54,180 nt of DNA from a virus (Duplodnaviria > Caudoviricetes), in the IMG/VR virus record IMGVR_UViG_3300047563_000085, positions 1-54,180 of that record. One strand, given 5' to 3'. A program made the position numbers and the translations under genes. Below the pieces are notes generated by a model, which saw only the letters and a program-made list of their open reading frames with translations, made no database searches and was not told the origin of the DNA. This document shows, one piece after another, positions 48,535 through 54,180 of the stretch (position 1 is the stretch's first letter; each line of letters opens with the position of its first letter).

Positions 48535-48774
48535 ATGCCTCGCAGAATAACAAATATCATAGATGATATAGACATAATGCTTATACCAACCAAATATATT
48601 ATCTCGGTTGATATAAAGCTGTTAGGAGCGGCGTATCCAATCCACCTGTCTGGTGAAGAGTTTGACGATATCAGAAAAACAAAAGAAGATTTTATTCAAC
48701 ACATATCCGGTAGGTTGAACATAGGTTTATTTCAAAAAGATGTGGAGAAATACTCAACCTATTCTTACGAATAA
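48535..48774 (+). CDS. Hypothetical protein
   Basis: GGAG RBS; first gene of the DHFR run. Confidence 0.7.
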   Translation: MPRRITNIIDDIDIMLIPTKYIISVDIKLLGAAYPIHLSGEEFDDIRKTKEDFIQHISGRLNIGLFQKDVEKYSTYSYE

Positions 48775-48776
48775 TT

Positions 48777-49262
48777 ATGAAAAAATATAAAGATTTACAA
48801 ATAAGTGCAATATGCGCCATAGATGACGATAATGGTATAGGGAAAGACAATTCGATACCTTGGTATAATCCATCAGATTTGAGATTTTTTAAGTCATTTA
48901 CGATAAACAAAATAGTAGTGATGGGAAAGAACACTTGGATATCTTTACCAAAGAAACCATTACCACAAAGAATCAATGTAGTAATATCATCTAGTGCAGA
49001 TTTCGCAATCACACCAGACAAAATATTTTCAAATCTGGATTTGGCACTGTCTAGTTTGCATTCAGAACATCCAAAAAAAGAAATAGTAATAATTGGTGGA
49101 TCTCAACTATATAAATCGGCAGAACCATATATTGACGAATTTGTAATAACGCATGTGACCGGATCACACGATTGTGATACTTTTCTAAATGTGGATTTTT
49201 CAAAATACAGTTCTTCACCAATGAGGTTTGAAGACCTAAATATCACATCCTATAAGAAGTGA
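48777..49262 (+). CDS. frd: Dihydrofolate reductase
   Basis: GIGKDNSIPW..PSDLRFFK, VMGKNTW.SLP.KPLPQRIN, IIGG.QLY, CDTF. Confidence 0.97.
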   Translation: MKKYKDLQISAICAIDDDNGIGKDNSIPWYNPSDLRFFKSFTINKIVVMGKNTWISLPKKPLPQRINVVISSSADFAITPDKIFSNLDLALSSLHSEHPKKEIVIIGGSQLYKSAEPYIDEFVITHVTGSHDCDTFLNVDFSKYSSSPMRFEDLNITSYKK

Positions 49263-49268
49263 TCAATT

Positions 49269-49634
49269 ATGGCTGTTATATTTTCTGGTTTTAGCACAAA
49301 AGCTTCAAATTCAAATTTTAAATTGTATGATGAGGCTTTAATTCGACAAGATTTAATGAATCATTTTATGACTAAGAAAGGTGAACGAATACTACGTCCA
49401 AAGTTCGGATGTGATATTCACAAATACGTATTTCAACAGGCAACCGCTTCTACAAAAAACGGAATAATGCTTGCTGCAAAAGAAGTATTTGACTCAGACC
49501 GGCGAGTAGAAGTCAATGATATCGAGGTTACACATACCAACAATCTTATTGTGGTATCTGCACTTTTAAAATTAAAAGTAATAGATTCCGAAATGCAATT
49601 CATAATAAACTTTAATGAAAAAGAAGTGTTTTGA
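49269..49634 (+). CDS. gp25: Baseplate wedge protein (GPW/gp25 family)
   Basis: D..LIRQDL.NHF.TKKGER..RP.FGC.I...VF...D.RV. Confidence 0.9.
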   Translation: MAVIFSGFSTKASNSNFKLYDEALIRQDLMNHFMTKKGERILRPKFGCDIHKYVFQQATASTKNGIMLAAKEVFDSDRRVEVNDIEVTHTNNLIVVSALLKLKVIDSEMQFIINFNEKEVF

Positions 49635-49783
49635 TGAAAAGCAATTACTACAATAATTTAAAACAAATTATAGAAGAAGATTCTAAGGAAACACAAGCAA
49701 TGATTGTTTCCTGTAGAAAAACAAAAGAAAAACTAATTCAGAAATATAAATTCGTAAAACCAAAACCACAACCACAACAATGA
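49634..49783 (+). CDS. Hypothetical 49-aa protein
   Basis: TGATG overlap with the gp25 stop; ends at a terminator. Confidence 0.45.
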   Translation: MKSNYYNNLKQIIEEDSKETQAMIVSCRKTKEKLIQKYKFVKPKPQPQQ

Positions 49784-49820
49784 AAAAAGCCCACTAAGAA
49801 TATTCTTAGTGGGCTTTTTT
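49783..49820. terminator. Bidirectional terminator (perfect palindrome)
   Basis: AAAAAAGCCCACTAAGAAT|ATTCTTAGTGGGCTTTTTT. Confidence 0.85.
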
Positions 49821-49821
49821 A

Positions 49822-50118
49822 TTATCCTAAAATTTTATGTAGTCGTTCCGGAGTTGGCATCCGTATTGTCATCCCGGCTACTAAATCTCTAGTTGAGTCT
49901 CTAACCGTATCTATATTACAAATAGTTATTACCCACCAATATGCTGGGGTGTCATATAATGTTTCACTTAATATGGTTGGTCTATATTCGGTTTCTGAAG
50001 TCACTACCACAAACATGTCTGACTTATCTTCTGGTATATATCGCGGTTGCATTGGCCGCAAATACCAATTTGTTTGTTTAGTAGAAAAATACGGCGAGTT
50101 TGCTTTATATTCTGCCAT
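49822..50118 (-). CDS. Baseplate protein, gp53/LysM-like
   Basis: YRP..LS..LY.TP.YWWVI...N...AG..IR.P. Confidence 0.8.
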   Translation of the reverse strand: MAEYKANSPYFSTKQTNWYLRPMQPRYIPEDKSDMFVVVTSETEYRPTILSETLYDTPAYWWVITICNIDTVRDSTRDLVAGMTIRMPTPERLHKILG

Positions 50119-51387
50119 TTATATCCATCCTTTAGATTTGCGCATTAGTTCGCCTGTTCTGAATTCATCTAAATTGAATTCTTCTCGTAGTCGTCTAGGA
50201 GTATTTTGAACAGTCAAATCTAATACCAATGTTAATTTTTTCGGAACCTTAGTCACATATCCTTGGCCATCTACGACATCTATCATATCAAGGTCATTTT
50301 CAAATGTAAAATTATACCCAGCAACAATTACTGGTAGGTGATCATACATATATTTTCCATAACCAGATAGATTCATCATTGGTGGCGGAAGTCCAGCCTT
50401 CGCAGTATCTTTTTTACCAAAATGGCTTTTTGTTAATACTGTCATGAAGTGCCTTACTGCCAACATATATTCGGCATCATACTGTGTTTCTACTATCAAG
50501 TCACCAGTTATGTTTATCTTTGTAGACCCAGTGGTTTTATATGAGTAATAATCTTGATTGCTACTAACCAATTGCATCTGCGCATATTCAGCAGTTTGTG
50601 ACTCGGTTATGGTTGGCGTATATGGAAATACTATACCTTGAGTCGCATGTAATATAGTAAGAATATTGTTGAACTTATCTGGGTATCCATATATTGCATT
50701 TTCTTTTCCGCGTGGAGCAAATAGCCTTACTTTCGTATCTTGTTTAATTGAGAATGAATAATTATTTTTTCTTAATGTTTCACGCTCTTTTTCTATATCA
50801 GCAATGGTATTTGATTTTTGCGCAAATGGACTTTGAAATGTTTCAGTAGATGGCAATCCAAGCTCGGCCTCCAACGATTTTATCGCATCGACTTTCCCAT
50901 ATGGAGAAGTATCGGCAGCATTGAATACATCGTTGTTTATGGACTGTTCTACTTGCTCTATAGCAAATTCATTTGCGGATTGGGTAGAATATTCATTAGC
51001 TGGTAGATCCGTAACTGATATTTTTGCTGGATTATCTATACTTGATATTACAACGTCTGCCGGAGCAGTGTACGAATCTGGTGTGGTTGATGATTGTACC
51101 CCAGTTTGCAATGGTCTCCCGGTTATTACAGGATTAGCAGATTCTTGTTGATACGTAGTTACTACTGACCCATCTGCATTTTCTACAGTGACTGGTGTGA
51201 CTGGCTTACTATCTTCCCAATTATTCAATACATATTTTTTAAATTCAGTATCTCCTAGTTTTTCTTGCAAGGTTGCCAAACTAGCCATATCAATTGGTGC
51301 AGGGCCTACAAAATCAGAAGACTTCGTAGGATCAATCGTTACCTTAGCAGTTGTTCCAAATATTTTCAAATCACCAAATAGTCCCAT
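50119..51387 (-). CDS. Putative baseplate or tail-tube-initiator-like protein
   Basis: GIVFPYTPTI, AG.PPP...LSGYG.YM....PV motifs; adjacent to the gp53-like gene. Confidence 0.65.
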   Translation of the reverse strand: MGLFGDLKIFGTTAKVTIDPTKSSDFVGPAPIDMASLATLQEKLGDTEFKKYVLNNWEDSKPVTPVTVENADGSVVTTYQQESANPVITGRPLQTGVQSSTTPDSYTAPADVVISSIDNPAKISVTDLPANEYSTQSANEFAIEQVEQSINNDVFNAADTSPYGKVDAIKSLEAELGLPSTETFQSPFAQKSNTIADIEKERETLRKNNYSFSIKQDTKVRLFAPRGKENAIYGYPDKFNNILTILHATQGIVFPYTPTITESQTAEYAQMQLVSSNQDYYSYKTTGSTKINITGDLIVETQYDAEYMLAVRHFMTVLTKSHFGKKDTAKAGLPPPMMNLSGYGKYMYDHLPVIVAGYNFTFENDLDMIDVVDGQGYVTKVPKKLTLVLDLTVQNTPRRLREEFNLDEFRTGELMRKSKGWI

Positions 51388-51403
51388 GATATTTTCTCAT
51401 TAG

Positions 51404-51421
51404 TAAATACTTTTATATTTA
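51404..51421. promoter_or_regulatory. Pair of oppositely oriented late-type promoters
   Basis: TAAATA at 51404-51409 (+) and TATTTA at 51416-51421 (-) between divergent structural genes. Confidence 0.6.
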
Positions 51422-51440
51422 GACTAAACTACGGAATTTT

Positions 51441-53000
51441 ATGCCATATACAGTATCTACAAAATTAGGAAGTGCTTACTTAGAATCGTTTGCGATAGCG
51501 GATGGCACAACCAATACTACTTCTACTTCTATACCTTTAATTGGTTCGTCAGCCCCTCCGGGATATGCTAAGGACATTGCCAAATCTCTAGTAACTATTC
51601 TAAGTAATGGGGCTTCCAATCTTATAGATAGACCAACCAATGCACTTATTGGACAAGAATGGTTTGACTTCTCAAATAAAACAATGATGGTTTATACTGG
51701 GGCATCCACTGGTTGGAAAAACATGCTAACCGAAGGTTCTACCAATCTTATTATAACTCCAACACAAGGTGGACTTGGATTTGCCCCTACATCGGCGAGT
51801 GCTGGGTATGTAGTAAGAGTAAATTCTTCTGGGTCTGGTTATGAATTGGCTCCGGGTTCATTTGTTAGAACAGATGCATCTTCTTCTCCGCTGGCTGATA
51901 ATACACATAGTATAGGATCATCTACTGCAAAATATAAAGAAATATTCGCAACTACATTCAATGGAAATGCACTTACTTCAAGTAAATTAGCAACTGTTCG
52001 GGCAATAACCCTAACCGGTGATATTGCCGGAACTGTAAACTTTGATGGCTCTGGTAATGTTAGTATGCCAACTACTCTAGTTGGTGGGCAACTATCTGCT
52101 TATATAAGACGAACTGGAGACACTATGGACCCGAATTGTCCATTGGTTGGTGGAATAGGGGTAAGTGGTGGATTTATATTTCCACAGAATGCATATGGTG
52201 GTTCTGGTGATTCTGCAGGTATGCAATTGGTGCAACGCGGCGGAGAAGATACTGTATTGAGTATCTTCAATCGAAATGACCCATTAGATTCTATACAATT
52301 CAATAGTGGTTATTTTGAATTTTATGGAATGTCTGCGGATGGGGTCAATAGTTCTCTGAGAATGTTATTGACTAAGGATGGGCGGCTTGGTATAAACACA
52401 ACTGACCCAGCTACAGAGTTAGATGTCAATGGTGGAGTAAAAGCAATTACTGTACTCGCCAACAATGCGACAATAACCTCTCTAGGATTTACCAATGCGG
52501 CGGGCACTGGTGGTCTTACGATCGATGGTAATATATTTGCAAAAACTAGAATAGACACTCCTACCGCAAGTGTTACCAATTTTACGGCCACTAATCTAGT
52601 ATCATCCACATCCACTACATTGAATGGGACAACCAGAATAGAAGGAAACCCCACAGTAACTGGTACCTTATATGCAGGTGATGTGAGTGTTAGTGCTTCT
52701 GATAAAAAGTTAAAAACAAATATACAACCAATACAAGATGCATTGGGCATGTTGAAGAAATTTACTGGGCACACTTATGACTTTGATTTGGAAAAATGCG
52801 CAGAATATGGATTTGTTCCTACGAAAACACATGAGCATGGCCTAATAGCCCAAGAAGTAATATCTGCCCTACCGGATGCGGAAATAAACAATGGCCAGTA
52901 TTTGAATTACCGTGACCGACCGGTGCTGGCTTTAGTGGTTTCTGCAATAAATCAATTAGATATGAAATTGGAAGAAATAAAGAAAACTTTAGGAATATAA
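51441..53000 (+). CDS. Tail fibre protein with C-terminal intramolecular chaperone (peptidase S74)
   Basis: R.I.LTGD..G.V.FDGS.NV repeat, LGINTTDP..ELDVNG, SDKKLKTNI, GLIAQEV. Confidence 0.9.
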   Translation: MPYTVSTKLGSAYLESFAIADGTTNTTSTSIPLIGSSAPPGYAKDIAKSLVTILSNGASNLIDRPTNALIGQEWFDFSNKTMMVYTGASTGWKNMLTEGSTNLIITPTQGGLGFAPTSASAGYVVRVNSSGSGYELAPGSFVRTDASSSPLADNTHSIGSSTAKYKEIFATTFNGNALTSSKLATVRAITLTGDIAGTVNFDGSGNVSMPTTLVGGQLSAYIRRTGDTMDPNCPLVGGIGVSGGFIFPQNAYGGSGDSAGMQLVQRGGEDTVLSIFNRNDPLDSIQFNSGYFEFYGMSADGVNSSLRMLLTKDGRLGINTTDPATELDVNGGVKAITVLANNATITSLGFTNAAGTGGLTIDGNIFAKTRIDTPTASVTNFTATNLVSSTSTTLNGTTRIEGNPTVTGTLYAGDVSVSASDKKLKTNIQPIQDALGMLKKFTGHTYDFDLEKCAEYGFVPTKTHEHGLIAQEVISALPDAEINNGQYLNYRDRPVLALVVSAINQLDMKLEEIKKTLGI

Positions 53001-53001
53001 T

Positions 53002-54180
53002 ATGGCATTATCTACAAAAACGGCAGGAGAAACTATTTCTGCATTAAATGACTTATCTAAAATTGGATATGGAACTGATGGAAAAATACTACTATCGAAT
53101 TACAGCACAGCAAATGCCAATTCTAAGTTTTTACACCAAACTACAAATACTACTTGCGATACCACATTCCTCAAAGAAGGAAATAACAGTATAAACCAAG
53201 TATCTGCAAAAAGCGCAATGAATCAAATAAGTATGAAAAATTTATTTGGTTTGCGAAATAAAATGTGGTGTGGTATGGTTCCAGATGAACAAAATGTAGC
53301 TGCTGGCCCGGGTGATAAATTTTCAGGAACAAATGTGAATTGTGTGGAAATACCCGCAGGAGTTTCAGTAATTGATACCTTTTTGGTTGGTGGTGGTGGT
53401 GGTGCTGGTGGGAGAGATTCCGATATGCACGGCGGAGCTGGTGGTTCTGGGTGTGTTGTTTCTACGCTGTGTGACCTTACTCCATTTGGTAATTTGGACA
53501 AGCCACGTAAAATAATTACAGTTGCTGGTGGCGGTGGATATTTTGGCAGTACCGGCACTAACACCGGAGGACTCCCGGGTAGTGGATTGGCTATGGTTGA
53601 TCAAGATCCTGGGGCAGGTTGGGGAGAAATGCAAAACGTGTGTGTTACTTTTCCATATAGTCACCAAACAGATGCTAGATTGGGATTACATGGATGGTCT
53701 ATAGATGGTTATGTGGAATTTAACATAATTCTATACTTCTATGGCGATTTGGCTAAAAAACAAAATTACTACTTTAAAGGCCGAGCAGATAATTTGGCAA
53801 AAGTATTTGATGTTACCGTGCCAGCAAATGCAACTAAACTTAACGCTGGCGATGTTACGAATCCTATTTTATCGGTAGATATAACCGATGCTAAAGTTAA
53901 TACTATGACCAGATGGGTAGTTGAAGGAAATGGACCCAATGTATCATCAAATATTAGGGTATTGCGTGTTCTATTAGCAAACATCCACGGTAATAGCCCA
54001 ACCCACTTTGCATTTAAGCTTTATGATGACTCTGGTAATGAGGTGTGGAATACCCGCAAACGTGATGGTATTGGTTTCCTGAATTTTCCACATCAAGGCG
54101 GAAGAGGTGGAACTTCTGGCAGACGAGGAACATCTGGTGGTGGTGGTGGTGGTGGTGCATCTTTTGTTGCCATAGAATCC
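53002..54180 (+). CDS. Glycine-rich tail-associated protein, 5' part (runs off window end)
   Basis: Not in ORF track; ATG at 53002 after AGGA; IPAGV..I...LVGGGGGAGG and GGGGGGAS motifs. Confidence 0.8.
   Translation, partial: MALSTKTAGETISALNDLSKIGYGTDGKILLSNYSTANANSKFLHQTTNTTCDTTFLKEGNNSINQVSAKSAMNQISMKNLFGLRNKMWCGMVPDEQNVAAGPGDKFSGTNVNCVEIPAGVSVIDTFLVGGGGGAGGRDSDMHGGAGGSGCVVSTLCDLTPFGNLDKPRKIITVAGGGGYFGSTGTNTGGLPGSGLAMVDQDPGAGWGEMQNVCVTFPYSHQTDARLGLHGWSIDGYVEFNIILYFYGDLAKKQNYYFKGRADNLAKVFDVTVPANATKLNAGDVTNPILSVDITDAKVNTMTRWVVEGNGPNVSSNIRVLRVLLANIHGNSPTHFAFKLYDDSGNEVWNTRKRDGIGFLNFPHQGGRGGTSGRRGTSGGGGGGGASFVAIES

Noticed and set aside
1-54180. tRNA or rRNA genes
   Set aside because: None recognised by eye in intergenic regions; a tRNAscan or Infernal run would be needed to exclude them.

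Overview
A 54 kb segment of an AT-rich, T4-superfamily-like large or jumbo myophage genome. It holds the head module (portal, gp67-like acidic protein, prohead protease, scaffold, major capsid), baseplate and tail-fibre or spike genes, rIIA, topoisomerase II gp52, DHFR, an HNH nuclease, a nucleotidyltransferase and GNATs. A block of late-promoter (TAAATA) genes shares a cleavable-looking N-terminal leader. Two transposase-less tnpB elements are present. Most notable: (1) two tandem amidoligase genes are each interrupted by an in-frame TAA whose T is the single central base of a perfect 33-nt inverted repeat, so flipping the repeat gives AAA (Lys) and restores the gene; this is either a one-base phase switch or an assembly artefact. 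(2) A ~2 kb non-coding locus before the portal gene has opposed GCGAAGC-capped hairpins and 12 repeats phased to the DNA helix (candidate origin, partition or packaging site). (3) A 40-bp palindrome made of two IS605-type right ends is inserted precisely into a small gene. (4) A middle fragment of a B-family DNA polymerase ends in the N-half of a split intein, and neither partner gene is in the window. All calls come from reading motifs by eye; no database searches were run.
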